A stretch of 64,000 bases of DNA from sequence record PP681140.1; one strand, given 5' to 3'. Source of the stretch: Enterobacter phage EC152. The notes beneath the pieces are model-generated. The model did not search any database. It saw only the letters and a program-made list of their open reading frames with translations, and was not told the DNA's origin. Made by a program: the position numbers and the translations under genes. Shown here piece by piece: positions 29,346 to 38,209 of this stretch (the first letter of the stretch is position 1; every line of letters begins with the position of its first letter).

Positions 29346-29676
29346 TTTGACTCCTTTGTTTAGCCCATTCAATTGCCGCAAGTATCACATCGCAATGACA
29401 TGCTACTTCTTTGTTCGGCTGTTTACAGAAGCATACAAGGTCTTTACCATGCAAGTCAAGCAGGTCTTGAATAGTTATTTTACCTGAACGGATCTGTTGC
29501 CATAACCATACACGATATCTTTCAATTGTGGCCCCACGAGGCTCATCTTTAGATAACTTGAAAGGGTTGGCAAATTTAGATTGCTTCAGGCCAAGGTGGG
29601 GCATTGCTCGCCCCATGTACTCAGCATTCTCAGGTATAACTTTACCGATATGGTAGAAGTTGAGCACCTTAGCCAT
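29338..29676 (-). CDS. DUF4326-like protein
   Basis: 112 aa, conserved …YIGR…LGNPF…R…A…Y…WL… pattern and CFCKQ…CHC cluster. Confidence 0.4.
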   Translation of the reverse strand: MAKVLNFYHIGKVIPENAEYMGRAMPHLGLKQSKFANPFKLSKDEPRGATIERYRVWLWQQIRSGKITIQDLLDLHGKDLVCFCKQPNKEVACHCDVILAAIEWAKQRSQNG

Positions 29677-30101
29677 TAGAAATCCATCCGACTATGAAGT
29701 TCTGCTGACATCTCCTTCACCCAGTGGGTGATTGAAATCCCCTCGTAAACATCGTCGAGCAAAGAGTCTGTCAGCAACCAAATGATCGCGTTACGAAGGT
29801 GATCATCCGACATATGGGCGATCCGGACAACATTTCCCTCTTGGGTTTTCCAGACAAGAATCTGCTCTTGCTTTTCAGGCTTTGGAAGCACATCATACCC
29901 AGCAGGGGCAATCATAATGCCGTTGCAACCACACAGGCAGCGAGTGATCATCTTTTCCTGCTCCAGTTGCGTGAGAGAGATATCCACAACCATAGGACTG
30001 AGGCCCAGCGACTGTTCGATCACGTAGTGAAAAGTCCATGCTTCAGTCTTCTCCAGATCCTCTTTCAAAAACTGGAGGATTAATAGATTAACGCGATCCA
30101 T
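29676..30101 (-). CDS. winged-helix DNA-binding protein
   Basis: N-terminal Lrp/AsnC-like HTH (MDRVNLLILQFLKEDLEKT…); ATG 30101 with AGGTGA SD. Confidence 0.4.
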   Translation of the reverse strand: MDRVNLLILQFLKEDLEKTEAWTFHYVIEQSLGLSPMVVDISLTQLEQEKMITRCLCGCNGIMIAPAGYDVLPKPEKQEQILVWKTQEGNVVRIAHMSDDHLRNAIIWLLTDSLLDDVYEGISITHWVKEMSAELHSRMDF

Positions 30102-30453
30102 CTTTATCACCTTTCAGGTACGCTATAATCCAGTCTGCCGCCTCTTCGTACTTCTCATAGCCAAAGTATTTACGACGAGAAAAATACGTGTCGTCATCAG
30201 GTACGTTGGTTTGATAGTTGAAATTCCCCGGTTGTCCCCAGTACACATTGATCTGGTCACTGTTACGACACTCAGAGAAAGAGACTTGTTTTGAGAGGTC
30301 GTTATCACAACTGTGATTCCATTTTGTAATGGAGAAACCCTGCTCACGACAGTTGGCATAGGCCTGAAGACCTTGTGCCAGATCCGGAGCCTTTTTCAGA
30401 ATTACAGCCAGTATACCAAAAGCCTGCTTCATGCTTGAATCACTTACGTTCAT
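30088..30453 (-). CDS. hypothetical protein
   Basis: ATG 30453 with AAGGAG SD, adjacent to nadR-like stop. Confidence 0.45.
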   Translation of the reverse strand: MNVSDSSMKQAFGILAVILKKAPDLAQGLQAYANCREQGFSITKWNHSCDNDLSKQVSFSECRNSDQINVYWGQPGNFNYQTNVPDDDTYFSRRKYFGYEKYEEAADWIIAYLKGDKDGSR

Positions 30454-30454
30454 C

Positions 30455-31528
30455 TTATTCTCCTTTGATATTAAGCAATTTACGGACAGCTTCTTCGGCC
30501 TTTTGAATACGCTCTTCGTAATCACTGCCGGAGATAACCACCACCTTGCTTGTATCGTAAGATGCCCTGATCATTGTGTCAAGCAAAGAATGTGTTTCTT
30601 TACGCTTTTGTGGCGTATCCTGCAAACGAAGAGGATCAGCAACCCACGGAACCTCTGGGGTGAGGAACAGGAACAAGTCATAGAAATTGTAGCTCTCTTC
30701 ACGGCTCAGTGTCCGGAACAGTAAGTCGGAGTAGTCGATCTTATCTGCACAAACACCAGAGAAGTGCGTGATCAGGTTAGTCGTGTCGGAGAACATCACC
30801 CCACGGTCACCCCAACCTGCCACCTCCATCTCCTTCAGGCGATGCTCCATTGCAATACGCAGGTAATCCTCACGGGTCATTGCAAACTCGCTTGAATGAT
30901 ACTCACGCTCACAAATCAGTCTTCCGATCTCAGGAATCCAGGCAGCGCCGAATGTGTGCGCTAAGTGTTCGGTCATGGTGGTTTTTCCAGTGCTCTCCAC
31001 ACCGATGATAGCCACCTTCTTAATGAAGCGCTTACGGGCAGGCCACGACAAGTGGTAGAAATTCTTGTACGGGTCATTACGGATCATCGTGGCAGAAATG
31101 GGGACAGCCTTACGTTCTGCGTCGATAACAACATGCTTCGCTTCAGGGAAGAACTCACTGAAGTAAGACTCATACTCCGGCTCAGAAGAGAAAGCAAAGT
31201 CGTACTTAACGAACGGCTGCTTTTCACGGATCAGTTTTGCGTATGCGGCACCGCCTTCAGGGTATCCTGGGATATTCGACTCATCAACGTAGTCAACCTT
31301 CACGTTGTCCAAGCCCTCATCGGCAATAACATCCAGCAGGTCACGATAGCGATCAGCAAGCCCCAACTTTGGACGAATCCACTCTGGTTGTGCATCTACA
31401 AATTTCTGATCATAGGACAGGAACAGGTACAGAACACTTACCTGAGATGCAGCTTTGACAATGAAATTAATATGCCCGTTAGTCAGTGGCGCAAATTTTC
31501 CGAAGATAAGGCCGCGCGTCATAGTCAT
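30455..31528 (-). CDS. nadR: NadR-like bifunctional NMN adenylyltransferase / ribosylnicotinamide kinase (no HTH domain)
   Basis: 357 aa; N-terminal GKFAPLTNGH nucleotidyltransferase (H/T)xGH motif; C-terminal P-loop GVESTGKTT of the RNK domain. Confidence 0.65.
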   Translation of the reverse strand: MTMTRGLIFGKFAPLTNGHINFIVKAASQVSVLYLFLSYDQKFVDAQPEWIRPKLGLADRYRDLLDVIADEGLDNVKVDYVDESNIPGYPEGGAAYAKLIREKQPFVKYDFAFSSEPEYESYFSEFFPEAKHVVIDAERKAVPISATMIRNDPYKNFYHLSWPARKRFIKKVAIIGVESTGKTTMTEHLAHTFGAAWIPEIGRLICEREYHSSEFAMTREDYLRIAMEHRLKEMEVAGWGDRGVMFSDTTNLITHFSGVCADKIDYSDLLFRTLSREESYNFYDLFLFLTPEVPWVADPLRLQDTPQKRKETHSLLDTMIRASYDTSKVVVISGSDYEERIQKAEEAVRKLLNIKGE

Positions 31529-31815
31529 TTGTTTTTCTCCATTTCTTCAACAGCGTTTGTGAGGATAATCACTTGCTGTTCCATTTTAGAAACTGCCACT
31601 TGCAATTCTGCAATTTTTACTTCAATTTCTGCCGCATCTTTCTTAGCCTTTGCTCTTTCCAGACCCTGCTTGTAAGCATCCAGTATATCAGCATTACCTG
31701 CATCTGTGATCCTTTTTGCCACAGTATCGGTATAAAACTCTGTTGCTTGTACAGAGCAAGAGAGCGCGAGCAGGGCGGCAAATATAATCTTTTTCATGAT
31801 CAACCCTTCTGGCAT
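31525..31815 (-). CDS. secreted coiled-coil protein
   Basis: 96 aa, signal peptide MKKIIFAALLALSCSVQA|TE then heptad-rich helix; ATGA overlap with nadR-like start. Confidence 0.5.
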   Translation of the reverse strand: MPEGLIMKKIIFAALLALSCSVQATEFYTDTVAKRITDAGNADILDAYKQGLERAKAKKDAAEIEVKIAELQVAVSKMEQQVIILTNAVEEMEKNK

Positions 31816-32114
31816 TTGTAAACTTGTGACACACGGGTCACAGATTTTTTGGTTGGGTTGATAGATGACCCCTGATACCAGCGAGACTCTTCGCTCAGAG
31901 CATTCCCTACCTGAGCATCCTTTTTAGGGATCACTGTGTCGATGCAGGTCTCCCCCATGCTATCCTTCATGTGGGACCAAATGCTCAGAGAGAAACGCTC
32001 GATCTTATTGCACACCTCAACCTTGCACATAGGCTCGGTTTGGAAATCATCTTCTTCTGCATGAGCCGTTGCAACAAAAGCCATAGCCAGCAGAGCAATC
32101 GTTAATTTTTTCAT
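31800..32114 (-). CDS. secreted periplasmic protein
   Basis: 104 aa, signal peptide MKKLTIALLAMAFVATAHA|EE; several Cys. Confidence 0.5.
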   Translation of the reverse strand: MKKLTIALLAMAFVATAHAEEDDFQTEPMCKVEVCNKIERFSLSIWSHMKDSMGETCIDTVIPKKDAQVGNALSEESRWYQGSSINPTKKSVTRVSQVYKCQKG

Positions 32115-32147
32115 TTGAATCTCCTCTTGAGATTATTTGTTTAGGGT

Positions 32148-32354
32148 TTAGTAACGAGACCACTTCACGCGACCACCGTCGCAGATCAGTTTGTTCTCAA
32201 CGACAACACCGTCTGCACTGTTTGCGAGGCGTTGTTCACCGTTAGGCTTACAATTATGGGTGACGGTATCTGCGATGTCAACAACAATAAACACCGCAAC
32301 AACAATTATTCCGACAATCACCAGGGGTTTAATCCAAGGCATGTGACCACGCAT
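32148..32354 (-). CDS. bitopic membrane protein
   Basis: ATG 32354 with AAGGAGG SD; one TM helix then small periplasmic domain with two Cys. Confidence 0.5.
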   Translation of the reverse strand: MRGHMPWIKPLVIVGIIVVAVFIVVDIADTVTHNCKPNGEQRLANSADGVVVENKLICDGGRVKWSRY

Positions 32355-32364
32355 TTTATCCTCC

Positions 32365-32559
32365 TTACCGATTGCAAGTATCAACAATCATTGCACCGAA
32401 AATCAGCACAAAGACTTCAAACATGAACATACACAATCCACCGCCCAGAATGTCGTTAGTTTGTTGCTGGTAATCTGCTGTATAAGCAAGACCAAGCGTT
32501 GTGAGCATGGTCAAGGCCATAAGGCACAGGACTGCACAGATAAAGTGTGAAAGTTTCAT
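32365..32559 (-). CDS. small two-TM membrane protein
   Basis: ATG 32559 with GGAGG SD. Confidence 0.5.
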   Translation of the reverse strand: MKLSHFICAVLCLMALTMLTTLGLAYTADYQQQTNDILGGGLCMFMFEVFVLIFGAMIVDTCNR

Positions 32560-32585
32560 AGGTCCTCCGTTATTTGTTCCAATAA

Positions 32586-32622
32586 CAATAAAGCCCCTCA
32601 ACCGTGAAGTCAAGGGGCTTTA
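32586..32622 (-). terminator. rho-independent terminator (AGCCCCT stem) followed by U-rich tract on minus strand; also terminator-like on plus strand
   Basis: AAAGCCCCTCAACCGTGAAGTCAAGGGGCTTT flanked by A/T runs. Confidence 0.45.
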
Positions 32623-32625
32623 AAA

Positions 32626-33024
32626 TTATTTTTTCAATCCAACAATCCAGGTCAACACGTTGTCTGGTAATTTGGCGATGGTTTTGTACATCTTCACTTC
32701 GTCCTTAGTGAGGACACGGATATTCTCATCAACACCCACATTATTGTGGTAATCGAAATCAGCATCTCTCTCAATTAAGGTTAGATAATTCCCCTCGCCG
32801 GACTCTGGAACATTTCGATGATGTTTAGACCAGTAACGTTCAGCGATAAATAGATCCCCTTTTCGATCCCCCGCTAACTTGACGATAAACTTATTCATAA
32901 GCTTATTACGAAGAATTATAGACAGGGCGTGGGGGTCCAAACTATCAGCCACTCGGAGGACTTCAGCATCGCCCAGTTCCACATCCACGGTTTGCACCGT
33001 GGTTTGTGTGCCTTTTACCTTCAT
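32626..33024 (-). CDS. hypothetical protein
   Basis: 132 aa. Confidence 0.55.
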   Translation of the reverse strand: MKVKGTQTTVQTVDVELGDAEVLRVADSLDPHALSIILRNKLMNKFIVKLAGDRKGDLFIAERYWSKHHRNVPESGEGNYLTLIERDADFDYHNNVGVDENIRVLTKDEVKMYKTIAKLPDNVLTWIVGLKK

Positions 33025-33221
33025 GCCTTATCTCCCAACAGACCTGGAGGGACAGGAAGATCCTGCCAGTGGGTAGCTCGAAGATTATCTCTGAACTCAC
33101 CATCATCCCAACGACCATCTTCCGAACGGAAGGCGATCCACATGTTTTCACCATCGGTGATCAGAACGTACTTACCTACCTGTGGCAGGCTGTCTTTGCA
33201 TGAAATCCACTCTGTATTCAT
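33021..33221 (-). CDS. small Trp-rich protein (DUF551-like)
   Basis: 66 aa; AAGAGGAG SD. Confidence 0.45.
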   Translation of the reverse strand: MNTEWISCKDSLPQVGKYVLITDGENMWIAFRSEDGRWDDGEFRDNLRATHWQDLPVPPGLLGDKA

Positions 33222-33235
33222 AATCTTCTCCTCTT

Positions 33236-33249
33236 GGGGCCGAAGCCCC
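33236..33249 (-). repeat. GGGGCTTCGGCCCC UUCG hairpin on minus strand between DNA polymerase stop and next SD, no U-tract
   Basis: third identical copy of the 14-mer; sits 6 nt after pol stop and immediately before AAGAGGAG SD. Confidence 0.5.
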
Positions 33250-33255
33250 GTTGAA

Positions 33256-36012
33256 TTAGTGACATTCAGCCCAGTTCTTACCAGTCAGATAAGCTCCTGT
33301 GATATGAACCGGAGAACCCATCATCTTAGCGGCTTTCTCGACACATTTCACAACCATCTCACCAACAGGGCAATACTGAATCTGAATCTTACCATCTTCG
33401 CCAAAGATACCTTCGTATACCGTGTTACCGTCAGCATCTTTAACCTTTTCGCCATTCTCATCCTTGACCGCTTTTCTCCACTCGTGACCGTCGAATACAC
33501 GGCCCTTTGCTTCCCACTCTTTGACAAAGGCGGTAGCCTCTTCAAGAGTATCGAATTTCCATCTCTTCAGATACTTTTCCGGAACCTGAAGCTGGTATTC
33601 ATCGTGGTAGTAAATTAGACGGCGAACGTCATCATCGTACCAACCGCGCTTGATCAGTTCCCAGTGAAGCAGGATACCAACCAAGTCGAACAGAGAAGCA
33701 CCACCGTTCTGCTGGTAAGCATTCAGGAGTGAGTGCTTGGAGCGAGTCCAGATCTTACGTCCATCTAAGCCAGGGATATAGCGTTTCCCGGTAGCTTCCC
33801 AGAAGTTTTCCAGCCATTCTTTACGGCCTTTCAACCCAAAGTTACTATCCCAGAAAGCATCAATTACCGCCTGTGCTTTATCGAGGGAGATGTTGAGCAT
33901 CGCAGCAATCTTCGCTGCCTGAGCACCATACATGATACCGTATGTTACACCCTTACCACCGTTACGAGTAACGAGTGTCCCGGATGCTTTGGTATATGCC
34001 TCGGCGTTTCGTGCGTGAGCATCTCCACTCTCCATTATACGCAGATATTCACCGCCGTCAAACTGATATGCACCCCATGCGGCGATCATACCTTCAAGGT
34101 TAGAACCGTCAATACCCACCTGGTAATAACCATCGGTCACACCCCACAGACCACGCATCTCTTTACCGAGCAGTACCTTCGGGTCTGGCTTAGGCATGTT
34201 TGCACAGATGGTGTGCTTACAGCGCCCGGTGTTCGTGATCCCAGAGAAACGTGCAGGGAGTTTACCATCAATCGCCAGGCGAGGGTGATTCAACAGCCCT
34301 GTGTCGTTCTTGTCCTCATCAATCGGGTCGAGAACAGATCGACGGTTACGCAGTGACAGCCACTTAACAATCTGTTTAGCCAAGTGAACATCAATACGTT
34401 CGAGGTTCGGACACAGTTTACCGAAGTTGTCCTTCAACTGCGGTGACGTTGGAAGCATACGCGCCTTGCGCCTGAACTTCTTGAAGATCTCCGCATAGCC
34501 TTTTTCCGAACCGTGACGGTGATCGAACTTCCTTTCAGAGATGTTGAACTTCTCATCACTGTTATTTAAGTGCTCTATAATCAGAGACTTATACTCGGAC
34601 TCTCCCAGTTCCTCGATATACTTCCTGACCAACTCATCGATCTCAGGATCGGTACGTGCCTTTTTGAACTGATCCTTAGTAACATCCTTGACACGCCATA
34701 GGGTAGGTTTCCAGTTGGCATCACGGATCAGGTATTTCTTGATGTCGTCCTGGTTCGAGATTTTCATCGGAACCATCAGATCAGGCATCTTACCATTGCG
34801 AAGATCTTCTTTGGCTTTTTCCATCAAGTCCGGAGGCAGAGGCACAAGGGTGTTCTCTTTCTGGCGCTGCTCACGAATATAATCACCAAAGTGCATAGGG
34901 TCTTCAACACCGTTCTGGAGGCAATAGCGCTCACCTGCTGCACTCACCTCACCGTTCCCTTTGAACGCCGTCTTTGGTGGTCCTTTGAACTCCAAAGCTT
35001 CACGGTTAACCGGATATCCCAGCTTGTACTGGAGCCAGTTCCACCCGTGGTGAGAGATGTTTCCTGCCCCGTCAAACGGGTTAGCCGGGAACTTAGGTTG
35101 TTGAGATTTCGTCATTTCCTTTAACGGAAGTAACGGCTCAACTTCCTCTTCAATCTCCTTCATCATCACATCAATGCGATCACGAAGTTTCTCAGCCTCA
35201 TACTTGTTGAAAGGCACACCCTGAATCTCTTGCTCGATCATTAGGTAATCAGTAAGCATACGACGACGAAGAGCATTTTTCCAGTTAATCTGACGGAGAC
35301 CTTCTGGCTTGTCGGTATACATGAACTGCTTGTCATCAGGCCAACGAGCACCAGTGGATTCATCAATCAATGCTTTCCACGTCAGTTCGTTGATCAGTAC
35401 GTCTTCCCACACACGGTTAACGTATTCCCAGAGCGGTTGGTTGCGCCAGTCATCGATCTGCACTTTTTTGTTTGCTACACGATAACCCCAGGCCATCAAA
35501 CCATGCGGCCCAACACGGTCCCTGCGCCCGGTAACCGGGTTTAGTACAGAATCAGGGCAACCATTAGGTAACGGGCGGTCAGGATATAGAACACGGCTCA
35601 TTGATAATGTGTCGTACAGGTTCACCTGGGTGTCCCCAATGGTGCCAAGACACTTAGGATCTTTGAACATGTTGTATTCAATGCCCGACAGCTTGTTCCA
35701 CAAACGTAGGTCGTAACCAAACAAGTTGTGACACGCAATTCCACGGCAAGTTTTCAGGAACGCCTCAAGCTCATCATATGAGCGGATCGTGAGATTGGCT
35801 TCCGTCTTGCTCTTGGCAAATGTCACTGCACTATCATACTCTGGGTGTGCTGGATCTAAAAACAGATTCCAGTTGTTAACACCGTATTCCTTGAGCAGGG
35901 TACAGTGGTACTTCGTTACTTCATCTAACAGACCATCGGCTTCGTTGTCCGTTATAAACAAACCTTTCATGTTCCTCCTATGCAAGGTGGGCTTGACTGT
36001 ATCGTCGCCCAC
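33256..36012 (-). CDS. DNA polymerase, family A, with 3'-5' exonuclease domain
   Basis: 918 aa; Exo I FITDNEADGL; motif B GKGVTYGIMYGA; motif C YYHDEYQL. Confidence 0.85.
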   Translation of the reverse strand: MGDDTVKPTLHRRNMKGLFITDNEADGLLDEVTKYHCTLLKEYGVNNWNLFLDPAHPEYDSAVTFAKSKTEANLTIRSYDELEAFLKTCRGIACHNLFGYDLRLWNKLSGIEYNMFKDPKCLGTIGDTQVNLYDTLSMSRVLYPDRPLPNGCPDSVLNPVTGRRDRVGPHGLMAWGYRVANKKVQIDDWRNQPLWEYVNRVWEDVLINELTWKALIDESTGARWPDDKQFMYTDKPEGLRQINWKNALRRRMLTDYLMIEQEIQGVPFNKYEAEKLRDRIDVMMKEIEEEVEPLLPLKEMTKSQQPKFPANPFDGAGNISHHGWNWLQYKLGYPVNREALEFKGPPKTAFKGNGEVSAAGERYCLQNGVEDPMHFGDYIREQRQKENTLVPLPPDLMEKAKEDLRNGKMPDLMVPMKISNQDDIKKYLIRDANWKPTLWRVKDVTKDQFKKARTDPEIDELVRKYIEELGESEYKSLIIEHLNNSDEKFNISERKFDHRHGSEKGYAEIFKKFRRKARMLPTSPQLKDNFGKLCPNLERIDVHLAKQIVKWLSLRNRRSVLDPIDEDKNDTGLLNHPRLAIDGKLPARFSGITNTGRCKHTICANMPKPDPKVLLGKEMRGLWGVTDGYYQVGIDGSNLEGMIAAWGAYQFDGGEYLRIMESGDAHARNAEAYTKASGTLVTRNGGKGVTYGIMYGAQAAKIAAMLNISLDKAQAVIDAFWDSNFGLKGRKEWLENFWEATGKRYIPGLDGRKIWTRSKHSLLNAYQQNGGASLFDLVGILLHWELIKRGWYDDDVRRLIYYHDEYQLQVPEKYLKRWKFDTLEEATAFVKEWEAKGRVFDGHEWRKAVKDENGEKVKDADGNTVYEGIFGEDGKIQIQYCPVGEMVVKCVEKAAKMMGSPVHITGAYLTGKNWAECH

Positions 36013-36032
36013 CTATCAGTTGGTCGAATGGA

Positions 36033-38048
36033 TTAGAACGGGGTATCGTTATCAAAGTCCTGTGGGTTAGGAAGCTGAACAGGGGCATCCATAACAGGCG
36101 CTGGTACGTTGACCTTACCTACCGGAGTCTCAAGTTGCAGAGATTGAATCATACCTTCAGGGCGAAGCATAACCACCCCATCAAGTTTGAACATCCCATC
36201 TTCCCATACCCAACCAGACGCATCAGTGAATTGTCCGTTTTCATCCATGATCATAGTGTCAGCGACACCAAGTTTTTTGTGTGGGCGGTTCTTCATTACA
36301 ACCACACGCACACGTCCACGAGAGCGGTCTGGTAGCTCTTCTGGCTCAACACCCAATACAATCCAGGATAATTGTTCCAGTGCAGCAGAACCACGCAGGT
36401 CTTCTTTACGTACAGGATACCAGAAAGGCAACATGTTGCCGTCTTTGTCCTTCGGTAGCTGAAGTTCTTTACGCTTCATGTGGCTAATGCTAAGAATGAA
36501 CACATCGTACTGCTTACAGAATGCAGCAAGCTCGGTCATGATGTTGTCCAGGTCTCGACGTTCGTTATCAGATTTGAGGCCGGAGATAACCATACTCAGG
36601 TGGTCAAGGATAATCCACTTACAACCATCCAGGAATACCATCTGTTTCAGCTTCTGAATCAACTGATCCGTAGGGATAGAGCCGAAGTGATCAAAGATCT
36701 TGATCTTGTCTTCCTTGATCCAGCGTTGGTGAATCTCAAGGTGCTGTTCTTCAGTCAAGAACTGTTCAGGGTCTGCAACGAAAGCTTTAGGGTCAACCTT
36801 CAACTCCTCAGCGTACAGGCTGTTTACAGACTCTTCCTCATCCTCTTCCAGACGAATGATCGCAACCTTTTCATGTTCAGTCCAACCATCAAGACGAGGA
36901 ATGCTCATATCGCGAAGGTAGTTCACAATGGCATACTCGATCTTACGTGAGATTGTTGACTTACCACCACCAGACGGGCCAGTCAGTGTCCACAACTCAC
37001 CAGTACGAGGACCTTTGGTTAACTCATAAAGACGAGGCATACCCGGCAATGGAACACCATCTTTCTTCTTCTTGCGAAGGTTTTCGATGGTAATGTTGCT
37101 CAGACTGATCAGCTTGTCTGGGACATAGCGGTCTTCTGCCTTGGAGAACATGTTCCAGATCTCACGACCCTTACCAGCATCGTACATGTCACGAACGTCT
37201 TTAACCCCGGCAGGGTCATTTCGTTCATTAGGGTAACGTGCCACAAAGATGTTGTCTGTCAGCAGGAATGCTGCCACATCGTCTGTTGCTTCCTTACCTT
37301 TCTTGACCTTACGTTCTTTTTCCAGAGCGGTTGCTTCATCGTTATCAAAACCGAGAACAACCTTCTCATAGCCACGAATGAACTTTTCGTTGTTGGCAAA
37401 GGTATCTACTGCGTTGGCTGTGCCGCAGTTTAATCCGACAAATGGTAATGTCGGAACACCTGCAACCTCTTCACCGTTCTGAATAGAGGCGATACCTTTC
37501 AGAACGCTTGCAGCCCAATCCTTAACACCCTTCGGTGCATTAGGGCTTGCTTGCAGAGCTTTCACAAACTCAAAGCCTGCCTGCCAACCAGCAGTAACAT
37601 CACCCTCACCCTCTACGATGAAGATCTGTTTACGACCTGCACCCATAGCGGCTTCGTGTTGACCGAAGAACTGTGAAGCGGCCTTAACAGTCCCCACCAC
37701 AGAGAAGTGACCTTTCTTCTCTTTTGGTAGAGTCCAGTCGCGTTTTTTATATCCAGTCAGCTTACCGTACTTGTCATAATATGGCAAATAGGTTGCTGTG
37801 ATCGTCACGCCGTCACTTGGGGATACGGATGAACGGATCTTAAAATATTTTGCTGCGTCGAGAGAGAGACTCATTTCAGGAACTGGCAGAATGCGGGTGC
37901 CATTGACTACAGATTCCAGGGTCTCTTCTTCACGTTGCTGATAACTCACTCTTCCTCCACGATTGCCTTTACTTCCAAAATTCTGTGCTTTCGGGTTCTC
38001 CTGTCCACCTTGTCGGTAAGCAGCCCAATCCGGACCATTTCCCATCAT
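36033..38048 (-). CDS. T7 gp4-like primase-helicase with SSB-like acidic C-terminal tail
   Basis: 671 aa; TOPRIM segment IFIVEGEGD; DnaB-like Walker A LTGPSGGGKST; C-terminus …DFDNDTPF. Confidence 0.8.
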   Translation of the reverse strand: MMGNGPDWAAYRQGGQENPKAQNFGSKGNRGGRVSYQQREEETLESVVNGTRILPVPEMSLSLDAAKYFKIRSSVSPSDGVTITATYLPYYDKYGKLTGYKKRDWTLPKEKKGHFSVVGTVKAASQFFGQHEAAMGAGRKQIFIVEGEGDVTAGWQAGFEFVKALQASPNAPKGVKDWAASVLKGIASIQNGEEVAGVPTLPFVGLNCGTANAVDTFANNEKFIRGYEKVVLGFDNDEATALEKERKVKKGKEATDDVAAFLLTDNIFVARYPNERNDPAGVKDVRDMYDAGKGREIWNMFSKAEDRYVPDKLISLSNITIENLRKKKKDGVPLPGMPRLYELTKGPRTGELWTLTGPSGGGKSTISRKIEYAIVNYLRDMSIPRLDGWTEHEKVAIIRLEEDEEESVNSLYAEELKVDPKAFVADPEQFLTEEQHLEIHQRWIKEDKIKIFDHFGSIPTDQLIQKLKQMVFLDGCKWIILDHLSMVISGLKSDNERRDLDNIMTELAAFCKQYDVFILSISHMKRKELQLPKDKDGNMLPFWYPVRKEDLRGSAALEQLSWIVLGVEPEELPDRSRGRVRVVVMKNRPHKKLGVADTMIMDENGQFTDASGWVWEDGMFKLDGVVMLRPEGMIQSLQLETPVGKVNVPAPVMDAPVQLPNPQDFDNDTPF

Positions 38049-38054
38049 CTCTCC

Positions 38055-38201
38055 TTAGAATGGCTTAACTACTACAGCTACATACCAATTACCGTCAACG
38101 GTGATCCCGCCACTAATGTGGTAACCCTTTTCAAAATAGGCATTCAGTCGGTCTTCAAGATCCTTGATGTCGCGACACTGAAGGATTTGTACATTTTTCA
38201 A
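38055..38201 (-). CDS. possible 48-aa protein (TTG start) between MTase-like gene and primase
   Basis: protein-like frame …DRLNAYFEKGYHISGGITVDGNWYV…; GGAGGG lies only 3 nt from TTG, so the start is uncertain. Confidence 0.25.
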   Translation of the reverse strand: MKNVQILQCRDIKDLEDRLNAYFEKGYHISGGITVDGNWYVAVVVKPF

Positions 38202-38209
38202 CTACCCTC

